Assembly (NCBI RefSeq): GCF_009914755.1
Contig: NC_060931.1
DNA from: the human T2T-CHM13v2.0 reference genome, Homo sapiens
Length of the DNA: 64,000 nucleotides
Direction: 5' to 3' (one strand)
Made by a program: the position numbers and the translations under genes. Numbering within the stretch: position 1 is the first letter of the stretch; the number at the start of each line of letters is the position of its first letter. This document shows, in pieces, positions 1 to 18,088 of this stretch. The notes under the pieces were generated by a model that ran no database searches, was not told where the DNA came from, and worked only from the letters and a program-made list of their open reading frames with translations.

Positions 1-715
1 TAGAGTAAACACTACAAAACACTGCTCAGAGAAATTAAAGAAGATCTAAAGGGAGAGATATACCATATTCATGAAATAGAAAAATAATGTTAAGATGTCA
101 GTTCTCCCCAAATTGATTTATAGATTCAACACAATCCCAGTCATAATCCTAGCAGGCTTGTTTAGTAGAAATTGATAAATTGGTCCTAAATTTCATAGGA
201 AATGCAAAGGAACCAGAATATTAAAAAAGAAAAAGTTGGAAGACCGCACTACTTAAGAGGTACCATAATGCTACATTAATCAATATTAGTGTGGTACTGG
301 TACTGGATTGACAAACAGTTCAGTAACATAATACAAAGCCCAAAAATATACCTAAAATATATGGGTATTTGCTTTGTAGACAAAGGTGCCAAAGCACTCC
401 AACAGGGAAAAGGAAGTCTTTCCAACAAATTATGGTGGAATACAGTAGATATAGGTATGGAAAAAATACTGAACTTACCAAACAAACAGTAATTCAAGTT
501 GGATCATTGCCTAAAATGTAAAATCTAAAACCATAAAGCATTTAGCCTAAAGCATGAGAAAACAAGTAGATAAAGGTTTCTTAGGGAACAGTAATAACTA
601 TGAAAGAAAAAAATTGATAAATTAGACTTCATAAAAATTTAAAACTTCTGCTTCTCAAATGATACCGTTAAGAAAATAAATAGGCAGCCAACAGACTGGG
701 AGAAAATATGATCAT
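1..715 (+). mobile_element. Old L1M ORF2 3' fragment
   Basis: Degenerate L1 ORF2 motifs (WYWYW; gacaaaggtgccaaagc; aaaacttctgcttc). Confidence 0.75.
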
Positions 716-729
716 GTTTAAACTCTTAC

Positions 730-918
730 CTTGAACTCATCTGAGATTTCAGACACAAAAGAAGATATCTGCTTCATGAGCCGGTCCACACTGCTCTCAC
801 TTCCTGTTTTGAGGAGTGTAGTAATGGCTAAGGTAGCAATGCTTCTGTTTGAGTCTGTGATTAAGTTTTCTAAGTCCAGATTGCAGGCAGTAACAGCAGA
901 GGGGTGCTTCATTGCCAC
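730..918 (-). CDS. COPG2: COPG2 coding exon (inferred exon 12), 189 nt
   Basis: cacaag|GTGGCA...TTCAAG|gtaaga; [63 protein letters not shown], contained in ORF 718..933. Confidence 0.96.
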
Positions 919-1431
919 CTTGTGGAAGGGCAAGAAAAAAAATTAAGCAAATTGCTTTTGATAAAGGCCAGAACTTAAATTTTAATTGAGGTAAGTGGCA
1001 ATCCAAAGAGGACAGGATAAGTTAAAAGTAATTGCTTCAAAAACAAAAAGAATGGCTCCAGTTAACAAGGTATATCTTTTAATAAATGATCAACGGCCAG
1101 AGTATAGCATCGTACTCTCTTTTGTTAGGTTCCTCTAACCTTTCTAACATTACCATTTTTAAAAAATTATAATTGGCCTGTATTTCCTTATAGTACGTGT
1201 GTTCATATACGTCTATTCTATTAGATGTTAGGAGTACTGACAACAGGATCTAGCATAGTAGTCAGTGCTCGACAAAGACTGTTAATATCTTATCAGTTAA
1301 AAAATACTGCTGCATTTCAAGACGCAAACTCCAGCCAAACTGCATTATCTATGGTTACTACATGGTCTGCCATTCTCCTGCATCCTTGTTTTTGTTGATG
1401 TTGTCCCACCTCTTTGTCTATCCCAATATTG

Positions 1432-1750
1432 GTATGGAATCCCTTACCCACAATTTGGAAAATCTGAAAACACTCTGGAAAGCAGAGCACTGGGATGAAA
1501 ATCCATTTAACAGCAAAACATGACCCAAACTAATGCGAAACTCTTTAATTCTTAATTTATACCACTTGACAAGGATAGTCATATGTTTTGTGCAAAAATA
1601 TTAATGTTTTTTAATGGTGGGATGCTGCCCCAGGCCCACTGGGGTTAGTAAATAAGAGATAACACCATATAACCTTTCTAAAATTTAACTAAAAGCAAAT
1701 TCTGAGACACATCTGGCCCCAAGATTAGAGATGAGGGATTGTAGACCTGT
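1432..1750. mobile_element. Tigger-family DNA transposon remnant (subfamily uncertain)
   Basis: Decayed inverted ends aatcccttacc ... gagggattgtagacctg|ta. Confidence 0.4.
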
Positions 1751-1754
1751 ATCA

Positions 1755-2096
<342 letters not shown>

Positions 2097-2271
2097 CTAT
2101 AAAGGTTTCTTCCATGGCTGCTCTAAACTTCTCTTTTCTTCGACTGTTTACACAATTAATTTATAATTATGTATTGCCTATGACAAGTCTTCTATTACAT
2201 TTAACTTTCATTTACATTTTCTATGCTTATTTAATTTATTCTGTGTTTCTGTATTATATCCTCTAAATCTA

Positions 2272-2742
2272 TACTGTCTAATAACATAGCCAACAGCAAC
2301 ATGTGACTACCAGGCATTTGAAAGGTGGCTAATCCAAACTGAGTATGCTGTAAATGTAAATATACTGGATGTCAAAAACTTGAGATATGTAAAAATATCT
2401 ATTACATGTTGAGATGACATATTATATGTATTATGATAAAATATACTATTAAAATTAATTTTACCTTAAAAATTTTAATGTGGTTATTATGAAATTTAAT
2501 ATTACATATGTGATTCACAGTGGGTTTCTACTGGACAGGGCTGCTGTAGACCAGCACTGTGCAAGAGAACTTTCTTCAATGACAGAAATGTTCAAGATCT
2601 GCACTGTCCAACAGCCACTGACCACATGTGGCTGTGAGTACAAGAAGTGTGACTCATGTGACTGAGGGTTGAATTTTTTATTTTAATTAATTTAAATTGA
2701 AATAGCCACTGGTGGCTAATGGCCACCATATTGGACAGTGTG
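2272..2742. mobile_element. hAT MITE pair: MER33-like (~2272-2545) and MER3-like (~2552-2742)
   Basis: ctgtc(t/c)aata ... tattggacag type termini; MER3 core agaactttc...aatgttc. Confidence 0.65.
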
Positions 2743-2965
2743 GCTCTTGAATATAAAATGCTTAGAAGTCAGAAATGAGTTATAATCTTCAGCTAAATAA
2801 TAATAAAAATGAGCATACTCAAGGCCACAAATACAAGTGAAGTGTTGTAGAGGTGAAGCCCATAAATCACATATACTAACCTTGGAGAGAAAACCAAATG
2901 CTTCACATTTAATGTTTCTCAATTAAATACTGATATAAGTCAATAATTAGCAAAGAAACACCTAC

Positions 2966-3033
2966 CTTGTTCAAGGTCCTCACAGCTGCATATCTCAAGG
3001 CTGGCTTAGGAGAACTACAGAAAAGTTGAAGAA
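2966..3033 (-). CDS. COPG2: COPG2 coding exon (inferred exon 11), 68 nt
   Basis: ttttag|TTCTTC...AACAAG|gtaggt; (V)[22 protein letters not shown]; phase 1 to 0. Confidence 0.95.
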
Positions 3034-3189
3034 CTAAAAAAAAATAATAATAATAATATGTAACATTAAGTAATATTACATATACATACCGTGAATACTC
3101 CTGGCTTAAGAGAACTATAGAAAAGTTGAAGAAGTAAAATACAGATATAGATACAGTGACTATTACCTATATATGCTGTGAATATTCCT
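3001..3189. repeat. Imperfect tandem duplication spanning the exon 11 acceptor
   Basis: ctggcttaggagaactacagaaaagttgaagaactaaaa (3001) vs ctggcttaagagaactatagaaaagttgaagaagtaaaa (3101); tails tattacatatacataccgtgaatactcct vs tattacctatatatgctgtgaatattcct. Confidence 0.9.
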
Positions 3190-3320
3190 TATCTCATCAT
3201 ATACCATATAGCTGAAAATATAGTACATAATGAATCACATTCAAAATATGCATACATTTTATCACAGCATCAAAAATTTACATGAAAAATGTAACATCAA
3301 AATAGAAAAAGCACTTTTGG

Positions 3321-3482
3321 GGCGCCTGTAGTCCCAGCTACTCGGGAGGCTGAGGCAGAAGCATGGCGTGAACCCAGGAGGCAGAGCTTGCAGTGAGCCG
3401 AGCTATCGTGCCACTGCACTCCTGCCTCAGTGACAGAGTGAGACTCCGTCTCAAAAAAAAAAAAAAAAAGAAAAAAAAAAAA
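3321..3482 (+). mobile_element. 5'-truncated AluY (right arm)
   Basis: atggcgtgaacc and gagcttgcag diagnostics; 17-nt TSD agaaaaagcacttttgg (3304-3320, 3483-3499). Confidence 0.9.
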
Positions 3483-3956
3483 AGAAAAAGCACTTTTGGT
3501 CAGTTATAAAAACTTAAATAAGAAACAAAGTTTGCTCTTTTTAAAAAAAAATTAGAATACCCATTAATACCTGAACTAAATGGTAGAAATATTGACAGTT
3601 CTGAAAACAAATGGGCTTTTTAAACACCAAGGAAAACTGTAAAATGTTTTCAAAAGTTTCATACGAGGAAACAGAAACTTTAAAAAAAAGCAATAAAGAA
3701 CTATTATTAATAAACTATGTACATATAAATAAAATTCTTTCAAAAGTTTTATATGGAGAAATAGAAACATTAAAAAAAGTAATAAAGTAAGGAACAACTA
3801 AAATAAACTATCTACATATAAGCTATCAGAATGCAAAGGCTATATATACACAGAGCTAGTGTTCAGAAAACATTCTTAATACCTATTCTGTAGACCTATG
3901 AAACTTAAAGCAAAAACTTAGGAACATAAAAGCCAGCCATCAAATATAAAACAAAC

Positions 3957-4090
3957 CTGAAACAGCAGGTGCCAACTCTCTTGCAGTGCAGTTAGGAAGA
4001 TGGATGATAGCTGAAGCAGCTTCATAAATAACCATTTCATGTTTATTTCGCAAGCAGCTCTCAATGAAATCAAACAGTGGACTTTCATGG
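3957..4090 (-). CDS. COPG2: COPG2 coding exon (inferred exon 10), 134 nt
   Basis: tggcag|CCATGA...TTTCAG|gtttgt; (G)[44 protein letters not shown]; phase 2 to 1, in frame with the preceding exon. Confidence 0.96.
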
Positions 4091-4149
4091 CTGCCAATAA
4101 ATATTTATAGGCCATTATTTAGATATCAAATAGAGAGGCAATATGCATA

Positions 4150-5870
4150 GGGATTAAAAGCACAGGCAGATTGAGAGGCACTTCTGGAATGGTGGATGAG
4201 GGATTTCTAAAAATTCATTTCATCACAAAGCAATTAGAACACTGGCAAAATTGTCAAAATCAACTTTTGCAGAACTCTAAAAAATTAATCAAAGATTTGC
4301 AACAATCCTGAACATCTATTTAAGAAAAGTAGCTGAATCTTAGTAAAAATGGTGAAGTTTCTGGTGTTTTAACCTACTCATTCTCAATTTCCATGCACCT
4401 CTTCCCAGTTCCATAGCAGTCTTGGAAACCAGCAGCCTCAGAACCACAGTAACTGTGAATGCCAGCAGCCTAGCTACAAAAGCAGCTCTGGGCCAAAATC
4501 TCATCCCCAGAGAACTGTCACTATGTGACCTGTCTGGTGCTCCTAGAAAAGCCCTATTCACAAGCTAATCTTTACTTCACCTGACTCAAGAGCTCATTCA
4601 GCATGAAAAGCCCTATGCCCAGGGAGTTTGTCCAAAAAAATCAGTAGTATTTGGTTAATCTTGCAGCTGCCAGAAGCAGCAATTTTAGCAGGGGCAAACA
4701 AGAGGCTGGCCAAAAAACTTAAAAGGAAAATTTGAGAAATGAGATGTCCTTAGGGGGCTTTGAAAATTTCTAAAATATTTCTGGGGATACAGAAGGTCAT
4801 GTGCATGTGCAGGGCTAAGCAAACAGCCACTAAAGACCTGACAGAGCTCCGCTCTCTAACCTTTGCTTGACTCTGAGGCTCTGCACAAAGCAGGAAGTGA
4901 AGGCTAAGGCAGAGCTGTGAACTCCCGGGGCATGGAAAGCACGCCCCAACATACACAGCACCCGTTGGAAAATGATGGGAGACATACTGGTTTAAAGCAT
5001 TTAAGAAAATCTGTCAAATTATTATTTGTGACTCAGCTAATCAAACAAAGACTTCAGTGTCTATACAAGATACAGAATAAAGACTACAGAAATAGTCCAG
5101 GAAGGTCACAAACAACAACAAAAACAACAAACCCCAGGGATAGGGAAAGGGAAGGTCTGATTACCAGTGTTGTCACATTATAATATTTAAAATATAATGT
5201 TTCTGACAAAATAATTATGAGACACACAAAGAAATACTTAACTATGACCCATCTATGGGGGAAAAAAAGTAGTCAATAGAATTTATTCCTGAGGAAGCCC
5301 AGATGTTGAACTTACTGGCAAAAACTTTAAGTCAGCTAATATAAATATGTTCAAAGAACTAAAGGAAACTAAAATATTTAATTTAAAGGGAAGTACAACA
5401 AGATGTCTTATGAGACTACCAATAAAGTGACAGAAATGATTTTTTTTTTTAAGAAACCAAATAGAAATTCTAGATTTGCAAAGTGCAATGACTGGAATGA
5501 AAAATTCACCAGAAAAAGTTCAATAGCAGACTTGCACAGGCAGATGAAAGAATAAGAAAACTTGTAGATCTACTGAGATAAACCAGCTGATGAAAATAAA
5601 AAAAGAAGGAAGAAAAATGAACAGTGCTTTGGAGACCTGTGTAACATGACCAAGGGTACCAACATTTTGGATGATAGGAGTTTTCATAGGAAAAGAGAGA
5701 CACAAAGGGGAAAAAGAACATAAGAAGAAACCATGGCTGAAAACCTCATAAGTTTGATTTAGAAAAAACATTAATTTATGTACCCAAGAGGCTCAAAAAG
5801 TCTCAAGCAGAATAAATACAAAAATATTCAAATATATACACATCAGAGTGAAACTGTTGAAAGCATAAAA
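4150..5870 (+). mobile_element. Old L1M 5'UTR/ORF1 fragment
   Basis: Degenerate L1M ORF1 (gaggaagcccagatgttgaactta; agaaattctaga; gctcaaaaagtctcaagcag). Confidence 0.65.
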
Positions 5871-6988
5871 ATAGTCATTCTGACTGGTGTGAAATTGTAT
5901 CTCATTGTGGTTTCGATTTGCATTTCTCTAATGATTAGTGATGTTGACCATTTTTTCATATGCTTGGTACCATCTTGTACCAGTCAGAATAGCTATTATT
6001 AAAAAGTCAAAAAGTAACAGATGCTGGTGAGGTTGCAGAGAAAAGGGAATGCTTACACACTGCTGTTGGGAATGCAAATTAGTTCAGCCACTGTGGAAAG
6101 CAGTTTGGAGATTTCTCAAAGACCTCAGAACTACCATTCAATCCAGCAATCCCATTACTAAATACGAACCCGAAGGAATATGAATTGTTCTTCTTAGGTT
6201 TTGATGAGAAGGCGAGGATTAAAGAAAGACTGAGAGAGAGTTGGCGGCTCTACAGCAATGCAGGTTTTATGTCCAGCATAAGACCTGCAGAGGCGGGGCA
6301 CCAGCTTAATGCCAGGGCCCACCTCTGCTTACAGGCTGGGGCAATTTTAGGCCTGGGAGGGAGGGGTCTGAGGGTTATGGCTTGCTGCCCGGGAGGATGT
6401 TGATAAGATGTTCCCATGATGAGGTGGTTTGGCCCTTGTTCTGGCAGGATGTGACAGTGATGTTCCTTGGACTTTTTCCCAGCAGAATGTGATAAGAAAG
6501 TCAGGCAGTCGGGCAGGATGTTTCTCACGGCCCAGTCCCCCAAGGAATGTTTCACTTTGATCAAGGTCTATGAAATGACAAGGGGCTTACAAAATGGTAC
6601 AGTTTGGACTAACAGTTCTACCATAAAGACACAGGCCCTCCTATGTTCACTGCACCACTACACACAATAGCAAAGACATGGAATCAACCTAGATACCCAA
6701 CAACAGTGGACTGGATGAAGAAAACGTAGTACATATACACCATGGAATACTATGCAGCCATAAAAATGAATGAGATTATGTCCATTGCAGCAACATCGAT
6801 AGAGCTGGAGGCCATTATCCTAAGCAAATTAACACAGGGACAGAAAACCAAATACTGCATGTTTTCACTTATAAGGGAAGCTAAACATTGAGTGCACATG
6901 GTCACAAAGAAGGGAACAATAGGCACTGGAGCCTACTTGAGGGTGTAGGGTGGGAGAGGATGAGGATAAAAAAACTACCAACTGGGTG
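5871..6988 (+). mobile_element. Older L1PA 3' fragment with 5' inversion (5871-5968 on -), split by a solo LTR
   Basis: L1 3' end motifs; reverse-complement segment abuts the forward segment. Confidence 0.8.
6192..6614 (-). mobile_element. Solo LTR (ERVL class, tentatively LTR47-like)
   Basis: 423-nt insert interrupting L1 aattgttct|accataaagac; 5-nt TSD gttct (6187-6191, 6615-6619); - strand starts TGTTAG. Confidence 0.75.
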
Positions 6989-6990
6989 GT

Positions 6991-11965
<4,975 letters not shown>

Positions 11966-13975
11966 AGTTGGAGATGTCTAGTCCCACCCAATAACTGATA
12001 GAACAACTAAGCAGAAAATCATCAAGGATACAGAAGACTTGAACAACATGATCAACCAACTCAAGCTAACTGATTATAGAAAACATTCAACCCAGTAACT
12101 GTAAAAATACAAATTCTTTCTCAGTGCTAATCATTTCCAAGAACGAATTAAATACCAAGTCACAAAACAAATCTCAATACATTTAAAATGACAGAAATCA
12201 TACAAAGTATGTTGTTCAACCAGAACTGAATTAAATTATAAATCAACAACAGAAAAGAAACCAGGGAAATCCTTAAATATTTCAAAATTAAACACCACAC
12301 TTCCAAGTAACTCAGGGATCAAGAAGAAATCAAATGGGAAATGAGAAAATATTTGAAGTTGAATGAAAATGAAAACACAACAAATCAAAATGTATAGGGC
12401 TCAACTAAAGCAATGCTTGGAGAAAAATTTATTTTAGAAACCTGTATCAAAAACAAAAAAGGGTCTCAAATCAATAACCTAGGCTTCCACATGAAGAAAT
12501 TAGGAAGAGTAAGCCTGCAGCAAGCAGAAGAAAGGAAATAATAAATATTAGAGCACAGGTTAATTGACTAGAACACAGAAAAATAATAATAAAAAAAATC
12601 AGTGACACCCAAAGTTGGTTCTTTGAAAAGATCAACAAAATTCACAAACCTTCATCTAAACTAACCAAGAAAAAAAGAGGAAAGACACAAATTACCAAAA
12701 CCAGGGATGAAAAAGGGAACACATCACTACTGACACTAAAGAAATGAAAATAATTATGAGGAACTATTATGAACAATTGTATGACAACAAATTAGATAAC
12801 TTAGATGAAATGGAAAAATTCCTAGAAATACCAAACTACTAAAGATGACTCAAAAAGAAACAGAAAATCTAAATAATTTCTAATGAGTTAGTTATTAAAA
12901 ATCACACCTCAAAAAAAAAAAAACCACAGATCCAGATGGTCTCACCAGTTAATTCTATCAGATATTTAAAATAATAATAATACCAATTCTTCACAACTCT
13001 TTCAGAAAATAAATGAGAAAAGAACATTTACTAACCAACTAATTCTATGAAGCTAGTACTATTCAGATAAAAAAGCATGACAAATATTTCACAAGAAAAT
13101 TACAGTACAATCTCCCTTCTACCAAAAACAAAAATTCTTAACAAATATCAGCAAACTGAATCCAGTAATATGTAAAAAGAATTATATACATAATTAAGTG
13201 GCATTAATCACAGGAACGTAAAAGTGGTTTAACACCAGAAAATCACATTATATATTACATTAATAATATAAAGGACAAAAACCACATAATCATCTTCACA
13301 GATGAATAAAAATCCATTGACAAAAATCTAACACACATTAATAATATAAAGAATAAAAACCACATAATTATCTTCATAGATGAACAAAAGTCAATTGACA
13401 AAATCTAACACCCATGCGTGATTTTTAAAAAACTTTTAATTTTAGGTTCAGGGGTACATGTGAAGGTTTGTTCATAGCTAATGGTACATGTTACATAGGT
13501 AAGTTCAACCACAATGGTTGAACTAATTTACACTCACACCAACAATGTATAAGTGTGTTGATAAAGACATAGAAAACTGAAATTCTCATACATAATAGAA
13601 ATGGTATGGTTATTTTGGAAAATAGTTTGGCAATTTCTTTAAAAGTTAAACATAAACTCATCATATGACCCAGTTATTCTATTTATAGAAATCTTTGCAA
13701 GAAAATGGAAAAATATATGTACACACAAAGCTTTATATATGAATGTTCAGAGCCACATTATTCATAATAGATGAAAATGGGAAAGAAAAACAAGTGCCCA
13801 TCAACTAATGAAAAAACCAAGTGCCCATCAATTAATGAACAAGTAAACAAAATTTGGTCTAGCCGTACCATGGAAGAGTATTCAGTCATAAAAAGGAATG
13901 AAGTACTGATGCATGCTACAACACAGTGAACCTCAAAAATATTATATTAAGTGAAAGAGCATAAAGTTAAAGAAC
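11966..13975 (+). mobile_element. Old L1M ORF2 and 3' fragments (composite)
   Basis: Degenerate EN/linker motifs; internal ~78-nt tandem duplication 13257-13411; short - strand L1 pieces at ~13436-13555. Confidence 0.7.
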
Positions 13976-13978
13976 TGA

Positions 13979-14056
13979 GGCCAGGTGCAGTGGCTCATGC
14001 CTGTAATCCCAGCACTTTGGATGGCTGAGGCAGGTGGATCACCTGAGATCAGGAGT
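13979..14056 (+). mobile_element. Alu left-arm fragment
   Basis: ggccaggtgcagtggctcatgcc...caggagttc, then abrupt switch to L1. Confidence 0.85.
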
Positions 14057-16845
14057 TCACATCACAGGACTCTGCAGACAATCCCTGGTACCAGCTTGGA
14101 GCTGGGTAGACTTGCTGGGTGGCTAGACCCAGAAGAGAGACAACAATCACTGCAGTTTGGCTCATAGGAAGCCACGTCCATAGGAAAAGGGGGAGAGTAC
14201 TACATCCAAGCAACACCCCATGAGACAAAAGAATCAGAACAACAGACTTCCGCCTAGACCTTCCCTCTGACAGAGCCTACCCAAATGAGAAGGAACCAGA
14301 AAACCAACTCTGGTAATATGACAAAACAAGGCTCTTTAACACCTCCCCCCCAAAAAAAATTACACTAGTTCACCAGCAATGGATCTAAGCCAAGAAGAAA
14401 TCCTTGATTTACCTGTAAAAGAATTCAGGAGGTTAGGTATTAAGCTAATCAGAGAGGCACCAGAGAAAGGCAAAGCCCAATGCAAGGAAATCCAAAAAAT
14501 GATACAAGAAGTGAAGGGAGAAATATTCAAGGAAATAGATTGCTTAAAGAAAAAAAACAATCAAAAATTCAGGAAGCACTGGACACACTCACAGAAATGC
14601 AAAATGCTCTGGAAAGTCTCAGCAATAGAATTGAACAAGTAGAAGAAAGAAATTCAGAGCTCAAAGACAAGGCCTTCAAATTAACCCAATCCAATAAAGA
14701 CAGAAAAAGGAATAAGAAAATATGAACAAAGACTCCAAGAAGTCTGGGATTATGTTAAACGACCAAACCTAAGAATAATCGATGTTCCTAAGGAAGAAGA
14801 GAAATCTGAAAGTTTGGAAAATGTATTTGGGGGAATAACTAAGGAAAATTTCCCCGGCCTTGCAAGAGACCTAGACATCCAAATACAAGAAGCACAAAGA
14901 ACACCTGGGAAATTCATTGCAAAAGGATCATCACTTAGGCACACTGTCATCAGGTTACCTAAAGTTAAGACAAAGGAAAGAATCTTAAGAGTTGTGAGAC
15001 AGACGCACCAGATAACCTATCAAGGAAAACTTATCAGATTAACAGCAGATTTCTCAGCAGAAACCCTACAAGCTAGAAGGGATTGGGTCCTATCTTCAGT
15101 CTCCTCAAACAAGACAATTACCAGCCAAGAACTTGGTATCCAGCGAAACTAAGCATCATATATAAAGGAAAGATACAGTCTTTTTCAGACAAACAAATGC
15201 TGAGAGAATTTGCCACTACCAAGCCACCACCACAAGGACTACTAAAAGGAGCCCTATATCCTGAAACAAATCCTGGAAACACATCAAAACAGAACCTCTT
15301 TAAAAAGCATAAATCACAAAGGACCTATAAAACAAAAATATAAGTTAAAAGGCAAAAACAAAAAACAAAAAAACCAAAGTACACAGGCAACAAATAGCAT
15401 GATGAATGCAACAGTACCTCACATCTCAATACTAACACTGAGTGTAAATAGCTTAAATGCTCCACTTAAAAGATACAGAACTGCAAAATGGATAACAACT
15501 CACCAACCATCTGCTGCCTTCAGGAGACTCACCTAACACATACTCTCATAAAGTACAGGGGTGCCTTTATGAAATACCTCATGCAAATGGACACCAAAAG
15601 CAAGGAGGGGTAGCTATTCTTATATCAGACAAAACAAACTTTAAAGCAACAGCAGTTAAAAGAGACAAAGGGGTACATTAGATAATGGTAAAAGCCCTTG
15701 TCCAACAGGAAAATATCACAATCCTAAACATATATCCACCCAAAACTTGAGCTCCCAAATTTATAAAACAAGTATTACTAGACCTAAGAAATGAGATAGA
15801 TGGCAACACAATAATAGTGGGGGACTTCAATACTCCACTGACAGCACTAGACAGGTCATCAAGACAGAAAGTCAACAAAGAAATAATGGATTTAAACTAT
15901 ACCTTCGAACAAATGGACTTAACAAATATATAGAACATCTTATCCAACAACCACTGAATACACATTCTATTCAACAGTGTATGGAACTTTCTCCAAGACA
16001 GGCCATATGATAGGCCATAAAACGAGCCTCAATAAATTTAAGAAAATTGAAATTATATCAAGAACTCTCTGAGACCACAGTTAAATAAAACTGGAAATCA
16101 ACTCCAAAAGGAACCTTCAAAACCGTGCAAATACATGGAAATTAAATAACCTGCTCCTGAGTAAGCATTGGGTCAACATGAAATCAAGATGGAAATCAAA
16201 GAATTCTTCGAACTGAACAATAATGACACAACCTATCAGAACCTCTGGAATACAGCAAAGGCAGTGCTAAGAGGAAAGTTCATAGCCCTCCATCAAAAGC
16301 TCAAAAGTTCAAAAGCTCAAAAAGTTCAAGTGCCTACATCAAAAAGACTGAAAGAGCACAAACTGACATTATAAGGATACACCTCAAGGAACTAGAAAAA
16401 CAAGAACAAACCAAACCCAAACCTAAACCTAGCAGAAGAAAGGAAATAACTAAGATCAGAGCAAAACTAAATGAAATTGAAACAAACAAACAAACAAAAA
16501 AATACCAAAGGTAAATAAAACAAAAAGCTGGTTCTTCAAAAAGATAAATAAAATTGATAGACCATTAGCAAGATCAACCAAGAAGAGAGAAAATCCAAAT
16601 AACTTCATTAAGAAACGAAACAGAAGATATTACAACTGACACCACTGAAATACAAATGATCATTCAAACCTACAATGAACATCTTTACACACATAAACTA
16701 GAAAACCTGGAAGAAATGAATAAACTGCTGGAAAAATACAACTCTCCTAGCTTAAATCAGGAAGAATTAGATCCCCTGAACAGACCAATAACAAGCAGCG
16801 AGATTGAAATGGTAATTTAAAAATTACCAACAAAAAAAAGTCCAG
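14057..16845 (+). mobile_element. L1PB 5' part (ORF1 and EN), interrupted by L1PA2
   Basis: ORF1 fragments 14379-15343; ORF2 breaks at ccaacaaaaaaaagtccag and resumes at 23532. Confidence 0.92.
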
Positions 16846-17177
16846 AATGATTGAGAAGGAGGAGCCAAGATGGCCGAATAGGAACAGCTCCCGTCTACAG
16901 CTCCCAGTGTGAGCGACGCAGAAGACCGGTGATTTCTGCATTTCCATCTGAGGTACTGGGTTCATCTCACTAGGGAGTGCCAGACAGTGGGCGCAGGTCA
17001 GTGGGTGCACGCACCGTGCGCAAGCCAAACCAGGGCGAGGCATTGCCTCACTTGGGAAGCGCAAGGGTCAGGGAGTTCCCTTTCCGAGTCAAAGAAAGGG
17101 GTGATGGACGCACCTGGAAAATCGGGTCACTCCCACCCGAATATTGAGCTTTTCCGACCGGCTTAAAAAACAGCCCA

Positions 17178-17633
<456 letters not shown>

Positions 17634-18088
17634 TGCCCAGGCTTGCTTAGGTAAACAAAGCAGCAGGGAAGCTCCAACTGGGTGGAGCCCACCACAGCTC
17701 AAGGAGGCCTGCCTGCCTCTGTAGGCTCCACCTCTGGGGGCAGAGCACAGACGAACCAAAAGACAGCAGTAACCTCTGCAGACTTAAATGTCCCTGTCTG
17801 ACAGCTTTGAAGAGAGCAGTGGTTCTCCCAGCACGCAGCTGGAGATCTGAGAACGGGCAGACTGCCTCCTCAAGTGGGTCCCTGACCCCTGACCCCCGAG
17901 CAGCCTAACTGGGAGGCACCCCCCAGCAGGGGCACACTGACACCTCACACAGCAGGGTATTCCAACAGACCTGCAGCTGAGGGTCCTGTCTGTTAGAAGG
18001 AAAACTAACAAACAGAAAGAACATCCACACCAAAAACCCATCTGTACATCACCATCATCAAAGACCAAAAGTAGATAAAACCACAAAG

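Noticed and set aside
919-945. AAG acceptor at exon 12 as non-canonical splicing
   Set aside because: Still a GT-AG intron with a strong pyrimidine tract, and the frame is preserved
731-946. 71-aa ORF antisense to exon 12
   Set aside because: Antisense shadow of a coding exon with no independent support
3918-4115. 65-aa ORF overlapping exon 10
   Set aside because: Alternative frame starting in the intron; the true frame is set by splicing. Relevant only to the ORF0 splice scenario
13257-13840. 78-nt and ~27-nt tandem duplications
   Set aside because: Local slippage inside decayed L1 with no functional context
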